A DNA stretch of 50,791 nt from Chloroflexota bacterium (GTDB taxonomy: Bacteria; Chloroflexota; Dehalococcoidia; UBA2979). A model generated the notes under the pieces. It saw only the letters and a program-made list of their open reading frames with translations. It was not told the origin of the DNA and searched no databases. The position numbers and the translations under genes were made by a program. Below, one piece after another: positions 17,787 through 27,309 of the stretch. The stretch's first letter is position 1, and the number at the start of each line of letters is the position of its first letter. The stretch is taken from positions 1 through 50,791 of the forward strand of contig JAQCIU010000023.1 in the NCBI GenBank assembly GCA_027593235.1, read 5' to 3'.

Positions 17787-19259
17787 GTGCGCGGATTCGC
17801 GCCGCCTGGGCGGCCGGCGGTCTGGTCGCTGCTTGCCATCGGTGTGTTGGTGGTCGGTTGTAGTGGCGGAACCTCGTCCGCCACAACGCCGGCCGCGACC
17901 GCCGCTGCGAACGAGGACGTTAGCGTCACAGAGACGGTGGCCGGGCTGGTCGCCGCCGCAGGCGAACTGGAAGCCGCCGACCTCGCGGGTTTCGTGCTGC
18001 GCCCGGCCGACGTGACCGAGGTGGCGGAGAACTTCCGCGTCTGGCGCGACGCGCCGATCGACTACGACGCGTACGAGGACACCGATCCGATCCTGCTCTC
18101 CAGTTCCGTCGAATCGCGCGGGGCTGACCTCGGTCATGTCGCGCACCTTGTGGGCCGCGACGGGCTGACGATCGTTCACGCGATCACGGCCGCGGAGCGC
18201 TATCCGGACGCCGCGACGGCGACCGACGGCTTCGCCGCGACGACGGAGTCGATGGGCGAGGGCTGTATCGCGCTCAACCGTGAGGACACCCCGCTCCCGG
18301 GCATCGGTGACGAGGCCGTGCTGGTGACCGCGATCCGGACCTGCACCTTTGGCGACCCGGCGAGCTTCGGCGCGATCGTCGCGCGATACGGTTCAGCGGT
18401 GGTGACGGCGGTGATCGAGCGCGGGGATCGCACGCCGGTCGCCGACACCGTGGCGGCGCTGGCTGATCAGCAAAGCCACGCGATCGCGGAAACGCTGTCC
18501 GGAACGCCGCGCTCGGCGCTCGTGGAGACCTCGACGTTCGGGCTCTGCATCCCGGATCCGGATGACCCGGCGGGCAGCGAGCTGGACAAAAACTGGCGCG
18601 AGCGGAGCACGGATCTGATCCGCACGTTCACGCAGCCCGGATCGACCGCCGATCGCGATCGGGCAGCGATCCACCAGGCGGTCCTCGACACCCTCGCGCA
18701 GGCGAACGCAGTCCTCGGTACGACGTACGGGGGGCCGATTGACGTCTATTTCTACGAGACGATCGAGCAACTCCAGCGAGCGTCACCGTCGACCGATGAC
18801 CACGTGCTCGGGTTCGCGTTCGGGCAGGAGGTGCACCAGCTCTGCGGCGGCACACTGGATGGCACGCAGTGGATCAACATGGCGATGAGCGCGCACGAGT
18901 ACACGCACATCATCACGCTGAACCTCTGGGGCCGGACGAGCAGCCAGGTGCTGATCGAGGGGCTCGCGCATTACGCGACGGTCGGGGAGCGCGACAGCAT
19001 GGTCGCGAACTTCCGGATCGAGCCGCTGCAGCCGCTCGCGGCGACCGAGGACGACGACGCGCGCTTCGGACGTGCCTGGGGGACGCTGCTGAGCAGCTAC
19101 CTGATCGAAGAGTTCGACGGGATCGATCAGTTTCGCGACCTCTGGTTTGCGGCGCGGACGGCGGATCTTGCCACCTCGGTAGAGGCGATCTACGGGCTGA
19201 CGCTGGACGAGCTGGACGCGGCGATCCGGACGCGTTACGACCTGAAGCCGGCGCCGTAG
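17787..19259 (+). CDS. Lipoprotein, PknH-like domain + gluzincin (peptidase MA-like) domain
   Basis: VVGC lipobox; AHEYTH (HExxH) followed by EGLA. Confidence 0.7.
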   Translation: MRGFAPPGRPAVWSLLAIGVLVVGCSGGTSSATTPAATAAANEDVSVTETVAGLVAAAGELEAADLAGFVLRPADVTEVAENFRVWRDAPIDYDAYEDTDPILLSSSVESRGADLGHVAHLVGRDGLTIVHAITAAERYPDAATATDGFAATTESMGEGCIALNREDTPLPGIGDEAVLVTAIRTCTFGDPASFGAIVARYGSAVVTAVIERGDRTPVADTVAALADQQSHAIAETLSGTPRSALVETSTFGLCIPDPDDPAGSELDKNWRERSTDLIRTFTQPGSTADRDRAAIHQAVLDTLAQANAVLGTTYGGPIDVYFYETIEQLQRASPSTDDHVLGFAFGQEVHQLCGGTLDGTQWINMAMSAHEYTHIITLNLWGRTSSQVLIEGLAHYATVGERDSMVANFRIEPLQPLAATEDDDARFGRAWGTLLSSYLIEEFDGIDQFRDLWFAARTADLATSVEAIYGLTLDELDAAIRTRYDLKPAP

Positions 19260-19325
19260 CGACACGGTATTCGGCGCGCGCGGGGAGCGGCCGACGCCCG
19301 CGAAGGCGTCGTGCCCGTCGTTGAG

Positions 19326-19649
19326 CTACTCGGTGGCCGGTGCCGCCGCGAAGAACACGAGGATGCGGAGTTGCTCCTCGATGTCGACGAAGCGGTGGGG
19401 TTCGTGGGCGGCGACGTAGACGACCGAACCGGCTTGCACCGGGCGGGTCTCGTCGCCCACGACGATGGAGCCACGGCCCTCGAGCACGTGATAGACCTCG
19501 TCCTCTTCGTGCGGGCGTTGGGTGTCCTCGCTGCCGGCCGGCAGCACGTAGAGCCCAGCGTTGAGTGCCGGGACGCGGAGGAACTCGAGGTAGCGGGATC
19601 CCCCGGCCGCCTGCCGTTCAACGATCTCGGCAATTTCGAAGGCATCCAT
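19326..19649 (-). CDS. Cupin domain protein
   Basis: PHEEDEVYHVLEGRG, HEPHRF. Confidence 0.88.
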   Translation of the reverse strand: MDAFEIAEIVERQAAGGSRYLEFLRVPALNAGLYVLPAGSEDTQRPHEEDEVYHVLEGRGSIVVGDETRPVQAGSVVYVAAHEPHRFVDIEEQLRILVFFAAAPATE

Positions 19650-19686
19650 CAGCGTCCCCTCGCTTTCTCGCCTCCCCGGGCCGCGG

Positions 19687-20319
19687 CTAGCGCAGCTCGA
19701 TGGTTCCGTTCGGAGTTTCGATGGTCGCGATCAGCGCGGCCTGCGCTCCCACGCTTACCTCGAGGGTGACGCCGAGGGCCTCGAGGCTGGGGAGGACGGC
19801 GCTGGGATCGGGGTGCTCGGCGCGGAGGGAGAGCAGGCGGCAGCCGGCGGGTGTGCTCAGCGCAGGGTGCTCCGTCTTGCCCCAGTCGATGAGGAACGGC
19901 ACGAGCCCGACGGAGCCGTCGGTGCCGAGACCGCCACCGGCGCCGGAGGTGAGCTGCCACTCCAGCAGCATGCCGTCCGGTCGTGCGCGACTCATCGCCT
20001 GGACCTCGCCCGGGTCGTAGCCGCGCGAACGGGCGCTGGCAACGCTTTTCGCGATCTCGGGCGCCTTGACCGCCCAGGTCCGCAGCATCGGCGTGGCCGG
20101 GAAGCGCGAGGCGGGCTGCTGGACCTCCTGCTCCGTGTCCGGGCCGAGCAGTTCGAGGTAAACGTCGCCGCCGAGGCCAAGCAGCGTGTTGCGCGTGCCG
20201 CGTCCAACGTGGACGCCACCGCCGGCGGGACGGACGCCCAGACGCGCCTCGAGGTCGGCGGTGGCCGCCTCCAGATCCGCCGTGACATACACGAGGTGAT
20301 CGACGGTCAGCGCGGCCAT
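19687..20319 (-). CDS. VOC family protein (Glyoxalase_3)
   Basis: DHLV, GGVH..GTRN, YLELLGPD, PFLIDWG. Confidence 0.88.
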   Translation of the reverse strand: MAALTVDHLVYVTADLEAATADLEARLGVRPAGGGVHVGRGTRNTLLGLGGDVYLELLGPDTEQEVQQPASRFPATPMLRTWAVKAPEIAKSVASARSRGYDPGEVQAMSRARPDGMLLEWQLTSGAGGGLGTDGSVGLVPFLIDWGKTEHPALSTPAGCRLLSLRAEHPDPSAVLPSLEALGVTLEVSVGAQAALIATIETPNGTIELR

Positions 20320-20447
20320 CAGGGCTCCTTCGTTGCGCGCGTGCGGCGCGGCTGCGACGCTCCTGCGCGAGAGGTGATCGCGCGCCGGGTGCGGGCGGGC
20401 GATGAGGGTACACAGAAACCGGTCAGTCCTGTCTGGAAGGGCACGCG

Positions 20448-20819
20448 ATGCAGGTAGTCCTTGCGGTTGCAGCGGGCGGCGCGCTCGGCGCGGTGTCGCG
20501 CTACGCGCTGTCCTCGGGCGTGACGAACGCCCTCAACCTCCACGGCGGCGGAACGTTTGTCGCGAACGTGCTCGGCGCGTTCCTGCTCGGAGCGGTGATT
20601 GGGCTGACGGAGGAGCGCTGGGTGCTGTCCGAGACGGCGCGCACCGGGATCACGGTCGGGGTGCTGGGCGGCTTCACGACGTTCTCCACGTACATGTACG
20701 ACGTGGTCCATCACGCCGAGGGCGATCGCTGGGTGACAAGCGCGCTGATGCTCGCACTGACGATCGTCTTCGGGCTTGTCGCGATGGTCGGCGGGCTTGC
20801 CGCCGGCCGGGCTGGCTAG
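20448..20819 (+). CDS. crcB: Fluoride efflux channel CrcB/Fluc
   Basis: GGALGAVSRY, GTFVANVLG, GVLGGFTTFST. Confidence 0.92.
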   Translation: MQVVLAVAAGGALGAVSRYALSSGVTNALNLHGGGTFVANVLGAFLLGAVIGLTEERWVLSETARTGITVGVLGGFTTFSTYMYDVVHHAEGDRWVTSALMLALTIVFGLVAMVGGLAAGRAG

Positions 20820-20869
20820 CCGAGAAGCTCCGGCCGAGTCGCCGAGCGGGCCTGTCTCCGAGTCTGCGG

Positions 20870-21376
20870 CTACCCGCGCGCCGCGAGTTCGACGGCGACG
20901 ATGAGCGCGGTCTGTAGCGCGACGAGCTGGGTGACGGCGAGCAGCCAGCGTCGCTGGTCGCGGAGCGCCTGGTCGTTGCGCCCTCGGTCGCTGCGCGCGG
21001 CCTCGAGGGCGAGCGCGCGGAGGTGGCGGCGGCGGTAGCGGTCGGGCGCGGCAGCGTGCGGCGGATCCTCGGGGGATGGGAGTGGCCGACGAGCGCCGAG
21101 CGCAGCGGCGAGCCACGCCGTGAGGGTGACCGCGAGGGCGATCCAGCTGAGCAGGCCGACGTTGGAGGAAGCCAGTTCGAGGTGACCGAGGATCGCGCTT
21201 GCGGCGATCAGCGCGGCCGACAGCGTGAACAAGTGCAGTGCGCTACGGTCATACCGCGCCGCCGTGGTCGACTGGCCAGCCACCGCAGCGCGCGCCTCCT
21301 GGTGGAGGTACGCGACCGCCCGCGCGGTCAGTCGCACCGGTGGTTCGGCCTGTTTACCCTGCGTTCGCTTCGACAC
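20870..21376 (-). CDS. Hypothetical 3-TM membrane protein
   Basis: Helix-TM-TM-loop-helix-TM layout; fills the gap between crcB and AKR. Confidence 0.55.
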   Translation of the reverse strand: MSKRTQGKQAEPPVRLTARAVAYLHQEARAAVAGQSTTAARYDRSALHLFTLSAALIAASAILGHLELASSNVGLLSWIALAVTLTAWLAAALGARRPLPSPEDPPHAAAPDRYRRRHLRALALEAARSDRGRNDQALRDQRRWLLAVTQLVALQTALIVAVELAARG

Positions 21377-21437
21377 CGGTGTCCCGCCTGGTCAAATAAC
21401 GTGTCTCTAGCGACACGATAGCTCCGAAGGACTTCAG

Positions 21438-22431
21438 ATGCAGCACGTCAATCTCGTCCGCACCGGACTACGGGTTTCGCGGATCTGCCTCGGCACGATG
21501 ACCTTCGGCTTGCAGTGCGACGAGCCGACCTCGTTCTCGATCCTCGACCGGGCGGCCGAAGGCGGGGTGACCTTCCTCGACAGCGCGGACGCCTACCCGC
21601 TCGGCGGGACCTGGGAGACCACCGGCCGCACCGAGGAGATCCTCGGCAAGTGGCTGGCCGGCAAGCGGCAGAACTACATCGTCGCGACGAAGGCCTTCGC
21701 CCCCGTCGGCCCGAACGCGTGGGATCGCGGCAACTCGCGCAAGCACCTGCTGGACGCGGTCGATGGCATCGCTGCGACGCCTCGATACCGACTACATCGA
21801 CCTCTACCAGCTCCACGGCCCCGACCCGCACACGCCGATCGACGAGACGCTGCGCGCCCTCGAGGATCTGGTGACCTCGGGCAAGGTCCGTTATGTCGGG
21901 TGTTCGAACTTCCTCGCCTACCAGGTCGCGCGGGCGATCGGCCGTTCCGAGGTGCTGGGCGTCGCGCGCTTCGACAGCATCCAGCCGCGCTACAACCTGC
22001 TCTTCCGGGAGATCGAGCGTGAGCTGCTCCCGCTGGCCCTCGAGGAAGGCGTCGGCGTGATTCCCTACAACCCGATCGCCGGCGGCCTGCTCTCCGGCAA
22101 GCACGTGGAGGACGCCGGGCCCGAGGAGGGATCGCGGTTCACGCTGGGCACCGCCGCCGAGCGGTACCAGGATCGCTACTGGCATAGCCGGATGTTCGAG
22201 ACGGTGGAACAGCTTCGGCCGCTGGCCTCGGAAGCGGGGATGTCGCTGCCGCAGATGGCCGTCGCGTGGGTCCTCGCGAACCCGGCGATCACGTCGCCGA
22301 TCGTCGGCGCGAGCCGTCCGGAGCAGCTCGCGGACACCCTCGCGGCCACCGAGACGCCGCTGGACGCGGACCTCAAGGCGCGCCTCGATGACCTGACGCT
22401 GGAGTACCGACGCGAGGACTCGGGGCGTTAG
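21438..22431 (+). pseudogene. Aldo/keto reductase split by a +1 frameshift (pseudogene or sequencing error)
   Basis: N-half (CLGTMTFG, DSADAY, VATK) and C-half (SLRRLDTDYIDLYQLH, QPRYNL) in different frames; extra G at 21765-21766. Confidence 0.8.
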
Positions 22432-22491
22432 AGTTCCGGCACCTAGGCGATCGTCGTCATGATTCCATCTGCCTGGCGAAGGGGGAATCCG

Positions 22492-23400
22492 GTGTCTGAG
22501 ATCTCTGAGCGGGATTTTGAGAAAGCCTGGTGGAGCGAAGATAAGACCGAGGTAATGGTGCAGTTCGTGCGGAATCAGCAGGAGACGCTCAATCTCGCGA
22601 TTCAACACATCATGCAGGCCGACGACACCGGGCCTCGGCACGCGACACTTCTGCCGTTAACCCTGTCAGCGCTCCGATGCTGCAGTTCCCTCGAACAGAT
22701 CGGCGATAAGTTCGAGCACTTACGCGATGTTTATATCATCAGCCGGAGCCTGCTCGAAATTGTTGTAAACACGCTGTTCATCTTGAACAGCCCGGACGAG
22801 ATTGCCGAGAGCGCTCATCAACACGCCGCTCAGAAATCGCTCCGCGACCTCAGGCGGAAGAGCGAAATCGCCGGTTGGATTATTGAGCTCAACCCCGATG
22901 CCGATGAGCTTCCTGCCTCCGGGAATCTCCAAGAAGCATTGGATCGCTACACGGGAGCGAAGGGCCAAGAGATACGAACCTGGACCTCCGAATCGCTACC
23001 GGCGCGGATAGCGGTAGCGGCATTGAACTCCGAACCTCGAGCCGGAGTCTTGCTACACGGAGCGTTCTTTCTCATCTATCGGCACGCGTCAGAGCTGCTC
23101 CACGGCACGCTGTTCGGTTCCCTCTTTGAGATGGGGCTGACAGTCCCGGATTCGGACGAGGATCCCCCGCTCACCCGCTACGGCACCTATGTGAACGATC
23201 ATCTCGCAACAGTGCTGTGGATGGACGGCGAACTCGTCCATCTCCTAGCGAAGCGGCTATCCGATCACCTCGGCGTCCCGGAACTGCTAACACTCTCAGC
23301 AGGCCATCGAAGCACTGCTCGCGCAGCCATGGTCCCCGGAACCACGAGAAGCACGAAGTCCCCCTCCCATCCGCCCGTCGTGATCAAGCGGGCGGATTGA
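22492..23400 (+). CDS. DUF5677-like (HEPN-like) hypothetical protein, atypical composition
   Basis: SRSLLE and YRHASELLHG motifs; visibly lower GC3 than neighbours. Confidence 0.6.
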   Translation: MSEISERDFEKAWWSEDKTEVMVQFVRNQQETLNLAIQHIMQADDTGPRHATLLPLTLSALRCCSSLEQIGDKFEHLRDVYIISRSLLEIVVNTLFILNSPDEIAESAHQHAAQKSLRDLRRKSEIAGWIIELNPDADELPASGNLQEALDRYTGAKGQEIRTWTSESLPARIAVAALNSEPRAGVLLHGAFFLIYRHASELLHGTLFGSLFEMGLTVPDSDEDPPLTRYGTYVNDHLATVLWMDGELVHLLAKRLSDHLGVPELLTLSAGHRSTARAAMVPGTTRSTKSPSHPPVVIKRAD

Positions 23401-23983
23401 GCAGCAGCTCCAGGTGGATGTCGGTTGGGCCAATCGCGTGGAGCGCGGGGTCCGGCGCGGCGGCGAGCTGCAGTCCGCGGCGCAGGTAGAAGTCCACGGT
23501 CTTGCGGGAGTTCGAGGCGGAGACGTACAGCCGCTTCGCGCCGCGGGCGCGGGCGAGTTCCGCTGAGCGATCGAGGAGCGGGCCGCCGAGGCCGCGGCCG
23601 CGTAGTGCGCGCGTGACGTGGATGAACGTCAGGTCGAGCATGTCGAGGCCAGCGCCGATCCAGCGGCCATCGAGGACGGAGATGGCGACCATGCGGTCGC
23701 CGCTATCCGTTGGCGTCAGCACGGTCCAGCCGCAGCCCTCGTGGTCGAACGAGGCGTAGAGGCGGGGGAGGCGTGCGTCGTAGTAGGTCTGCGTCCAGCG
23801 CGTCCGCTCGATGTGCTCATCGACGATCTCGAGGGTGCCGTCACGCAGCACGTAGTGCTGCTCGGTCACCTCGGAGCGATCGATCTCGGGCAGTCGGGCG
23901 ATGTCCGCGCGCAGCAGCGGGCGCCAGATCAGCTCTGGCGCCCGCGTGGAGTCCGAGGCCGGCGACGTGTCGTCGCTAGACGT
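23384..23983 (-). CDS. GNAT family N-acetyltransferase (first canonical start 23869; possible ACG start 23983)
   Basis: LRGRGLG, LYVSAS, VDFYLRRG motifs; frame stays open upstream of 23869. Confidence 0.8.
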   Translation of the reverse strand, partial: TSSDDTSPASDSTRAPELIWRPLLRADIARLPEIDRSEVTEQHYVLRDGTLEIVDEHIERTRWTQTYYDARLPRLYASFDHEGCGWTVLTPTDSGDRMVAISVLDGRWIGAGLDMLDLTFIHVTRALRGRGLGGPLLDRSAELARARGAKRLYVSASNSRKTVDFYLRRGLQLAAAPDPALHAIGPTDIHLELLLNPPA

Positions 23984-25043
23984 CGTGCAACTCCTTGATT
24001 AGCCACTGCAGACGCTCCTCAGAGGGTGCGGGCGCCTTCGTTTCCTTGCTCGCGTCGCCCCCGTACATACCGACGCGCTCGCGACCACTGGGCATCGGGA
24101 GGCTCATGCGATCGGCGTACTCGAAGTGCTCACGCGCGAACTGCGGGAGGTTGTCGTAGGTGCTGGCGTTCGCCATTTCGAGCGCGACCTCGAAGTTGAC
24201 GGCGTCGTACATCTTGTCCCACTGGCCCTTCTGGGAGAGCTCGTGGAGCTGCATGCCGAGCGACTCCAGGCCGTGGGCGCGGAAGACGCCGTGGTAGGAG
24301 CGGGTCGAGCCGTAGAAGGAGATGGGGCGACGCAGGGCCTCGATGGCCTGTTCGACCTCGGTCTCGGTCTCGCCGAAGGCGTTGAAGCCGCCGACGGAGA
24401 TCGAGACGTCGTCGAGCGGGCGGCCGGCGCGGTCGGCGCCCTTCTTCACCGCGGGCAGCAGGGTCTCGCGGAGGTACTTCTCGGTCATGAAGCCGTGCGG
24501 ACGGAGGCCATCGGCGCAGAAGCCGGCGGCTTCGGCCATGCGAGGGCCAACGCTGGCGAGCGAGATCTTGGGGTGCGGGTAGTCGATCGGGCCCGGGTTG
24601 AAGGCCGGCGTCATCAGCGTGTAGTTGTAGTCCTCGGTGGCGTAGGTCGGTCGCTCACCGTCCTGCCAGGAGCGCCAGACCGCGCGCATCATGCCGATGT
24701 AGCTTTCGATGCGCTTTGCGGGCGGGGTCCAGGTGCCGCCGAAGCGGCGCAGGTTGTGGCCCTTCACCTGCGTGCCGAGCCCGATGTTGATCCGGCCCTT
24801 GCTGAACTCTTGGAGGTCCCAGGCGGTCTGCGCCATGACGAAGGGGGAGCGGGGGAAGGCGATGGTGACGCCGGTGGCCAGCTCCATACGTTCGGTGTGT
24901 TCAGCGGCGAGCGTGAGCGCGAGCACGGAGTTGTGCTTCAGCTCGCCAGTGGTGATGCCGTCGAAGCCGGCGGCCTCGGCGCGCTGCACCTGCTCCTTGA
25001 TGTTGCCCAGCCACGTCTCGCCGTAGCCCGTCGTTATCTTCAT
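23976..25043 (-). CDS. F420-dependent LLM class oxidoreductase (TIGR03617-like)
   Basis: IAFPRSP, AWDLQ, GLGTQVKGH, FYGSTRSY. Confidence 0.88.
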   Translation of the reverse strand: MKITTGYGETWLGNIKEQVQRAEAAGFDGITTGELKHNSVLALTLAAEHTERMELATGVTIAFPRSPFVMAQTAWDLQEFSKGRINIGLGTQVKGHNLRRFGGTWTPPAKRIESYIGMMRAVWRSWQDGERPTYATEDYNYTLMTPAFNPGPIDYPHPKISLASVGPRMAEAAGFCADGLRPHGFMTEKYLRETLLPAVKKGADRAGRPLDDVSISVGGFNAFGETETEVEQAIEALRRPISFYGSTRSYHGVFRAHGLESLGMQLHELSQKGQWDKMYDAVNFEVALEMANASTYDNLPQFAREHFEYADRMSLPMPSGRERVGMYGGDASKETKAPAPSEERLQWLIKELHDV

Positions 25044-25148
25044 CGCGTGTGTCCTCTCTGTGGCCGCCCGGCCAAGCGGGTCGACGCGTGCGAATGATGG
25101 CGGATGGTTGCCTTCGCGACCAGCGCCGTTGGTCTCCGTCTTGTGCGA

Positions 25149-27302
25149 TTACCGTCCCGGGAGCCGCGCGGCCAGGTACTCCGCGACGTGCATCACGGTC
25201 ACGTCCATGTCCGCGGCGTCCGCGCCACCACCGAGGTGGAGCAGGCAGCCGGGGTTGTCGGTGAGCAGCACGCGCGCGCCCGAGGCGCGCACGTTGTCGA
25301 GCTTGCGTTCGAGGACGCCGCGGCTGAGGTCGGGCGCGAGCAGCGAGGTGGAGCCCCCGAAGCCACAGCAGACCTCGGCCTCGTCGAGCGGCACGACGTT
25401 GGCGCCGGTGAGGCCGCGGACGAGGGTCTCCAGCGTATCGCCACGCCCGAGGACGTTCGCGCCCTGGCAGAAGCGGTCGATGGCGACGGGGCGCGTGTCG
25501 CCGCGCGCGAGCACACCGTCGGGGAGGCGGGCGGGGCCGACGAGGTAGCCGGTCAGATCGTAGACGCGACCGGAGAGACGTCGCGCGCGCTCTTGCCAGA
25601 CCGGCTCGTCCTCGAAGAGGCGCTCGTAGTCGTGGAGCATCGCGATCGCGCAGCTCGGCGCGGGGGTCACGACGTCGTCGGCGCCGGCGAGGACCTCGAG
25701 GGTCTGGCGCGCCATGCGGCGGGCGTTCGCGTCGTCGCCGCTGTCGATCGCGGGCAGACCGCAGCAGTGCTGGGCCTCGGGTATGTCGACCTCGCAGCCG
25801 GCGGCGCGGAGGAGATCCGCGGTCGCCAGTACCACCTCGGGCGCAACGCGATCACTGACGCACTGCATGAAGAGCGTGACGCGGCGGCCGGTCGCCTCGG
25901 TACGGGCGATCGCGGCACGGGAGGCGTGGAGCGCACCGTGGGCGCGGGCGGGACGCAGAGGCAGCGCTGGGGCCGAACGCCACGTAGTGAACCGCGCGGT
26001 GAAGGGTGCCTTCGTGAAGCGCCCGCGCCGGAACGGCAGCGCCGCGATCGCGGCCAGCCGCACGCCGAGGCCAAACAACCGCCGCGAGGCGAACGCGCGC
26101 ATCGCGAGTCGTCGCTTCCGAGGTATCCCGACCTCCTCGGCGACCCGCCGTCGCACCTGCAGGATCTGTTGCGGGAGCGGGATCTCGACCGGGCAGACCG
26201 TCTCGCAGGCGCCGCAAGAGAGGCAGAGCGACTGCGGCCCGGCGGCGGCCTCGATGCCGTGGTGGAAGGCGGTGTTCACGAGGCCGATCGGGCCGGTGTA
26301 GACGTGTCCGAACGCGTGGCCGCCGACTACCTGGTAGGCGGGGCAAACGTTGGCGCAGGCGCCGCATTTCACGCAGCGCAGCGCGGCGGACGACCAGTCC
26401 TCGGCAGCCATCGCGCGGCGCCCGTTGTCGACGAGCACGATATGCATCTCATGGCCGGGGGTGGGGCCGGTGAAGAAGGAGGTGTAAGTGGTGATCGACT
26501 GTGCGGTCGCCGAGCGCGCGAGCAGGCGGACCTGCTTCATCGCGTCGGCCATCGTCGGCACGAGCTTCTCGATACCGGCGACGACGACGTGCACCGGGGG
26601 AAGGCTCGCGCTCAGCTCGCCATTGCCCTCGTTGGTGACGAGGAGCGTCGAGCCGGTCGAGGCGATCAGCGCGTTCGCGCCGGTGATGCCGACGCCGGCG
26701 GAGAGGAAGTGCTCGCGGAGGGCGGTGCGCGCGCTGCGGACCATGGCGGGAATGTCGTCGTCGTCGAACGGCACGCCGAGTTCGCGCTCGAGGATGCGCG
26801 CCACTTCCTGACGGCGGCGATGGATCGCCGGCATGACCACGTGGCTCGGACGGTCGTCGTCGAGCTGGAGGAGCCACTCACCGAGATCCGTCTCGATCGC
26901 CTTGATGCCGGCGCGTTCGAGGTGCTCGTTGAGGAACAACTCCTCGGTCACCATCGACTTGCCTTTGACGACGGTGCGCACGCCTCGATCGCGGCAGAGC
27001 TGCGCGATGTACTCGTTCGCCTGCTCGGCGGTCGTGGCCTCGAAGACGATTGCGCCGGCGGCCTCGGCGGCCGCGCGGAACCTCGCGATGGTGGCGGGGA
27101 GATCGGCGATCACGCCGTCCTTCATCGCGGCGAGGCCGCTGCTGAGCGCCTCCGCCTTCAGCCCGGAGATCGATTCGAGGTCGAGGATCTGCGCGTCGCG
27201 GGTGTCACGCCACGAGCGCTGGAACGAGAGCAGGCTCTCGCTGAGCGCGTCGTTCGCGAGGGCCGCCTCGTAGCGTTCGGAGAACGGTTTGGGGACGCTC
27301 AT
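25149..27302 (-). CDS. lutB: Lactate utilization LutB (LUD + 4Fe-4S) fused to LutA-like CCG domains
   Basis: KGKSM, ETDLGE, PSH..PAIH, CVKCGACANVCP, CLSCGACETVCP, CCG x2. Confidence 0.85.
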   Translation of the reverse strand: MSVPKPFSERYEAALANDALSESLLSFQRSWRDTRDAQILDLESISGLKAEALSSGLAAMKDGVIADLPATIARFRAAAEAAGAIVFEATTAEQANEYIAQLCRDRGVRTVVKGKSMVTEELFLNEHLERAGIKAIETDLGEWLLQLDDDRPSHVVMPAIHRRRQEVARILERELGVPFDDDDIPAMVRSARTALREHFLSAGVGITGANALIASTGSTLLVTNEGNGELSASLPPVHVVVAGIEKLVPTMADAMKQVRLLARSATAQSITTYTSFFTGPTPGHEMHIVLVDNGRRAMAAEDWSSAALRCVKCGACANVCPAYQVVGGHAFGHVYTGPIGLVNTAFHHGIEAAAGPQSLCLSCGACETVCPVEIPLPQQILQVRRRVAEEVGIPRKRRLAMRAFASRRLFGLGVRLAAIAALPFRRGRFTKAPFTARFTTWRSAPALPLRPARAHGALHASRAAIARTEATGRRVTLFMQCVSDRVAPEVVLATADLLRAAGCEVDIPEAQHCCGLPAIDSGDDANARRMARQTLEVLAGADDVVTPAPSCAIAMLHDYERLFEDEPVWQERARRLSGRVYDLTGYLVGPARLPDGVLARGDTRPVAIDRFCQGANVLGRGDTLETLVRGLTGANVVPLDEAEVCCGFGGSTSLLAPDLSRGVLERKLDNVRASGARVLLTDNPGCLLHLGGGADAADMDVTVMHVAEYLAARLPGR

Positions 27303-27309
27303 GCGCGGG

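Noticed and set aside
20398-20447. Fluoride riboswitch upstream of crcB (GGCGATGAGG...)
   Set aside because: Only the 5' GGCGATG matches; the pairing CGCC strand and the downstream TGATG..CTAC element are absent. At most a degenerate relic.
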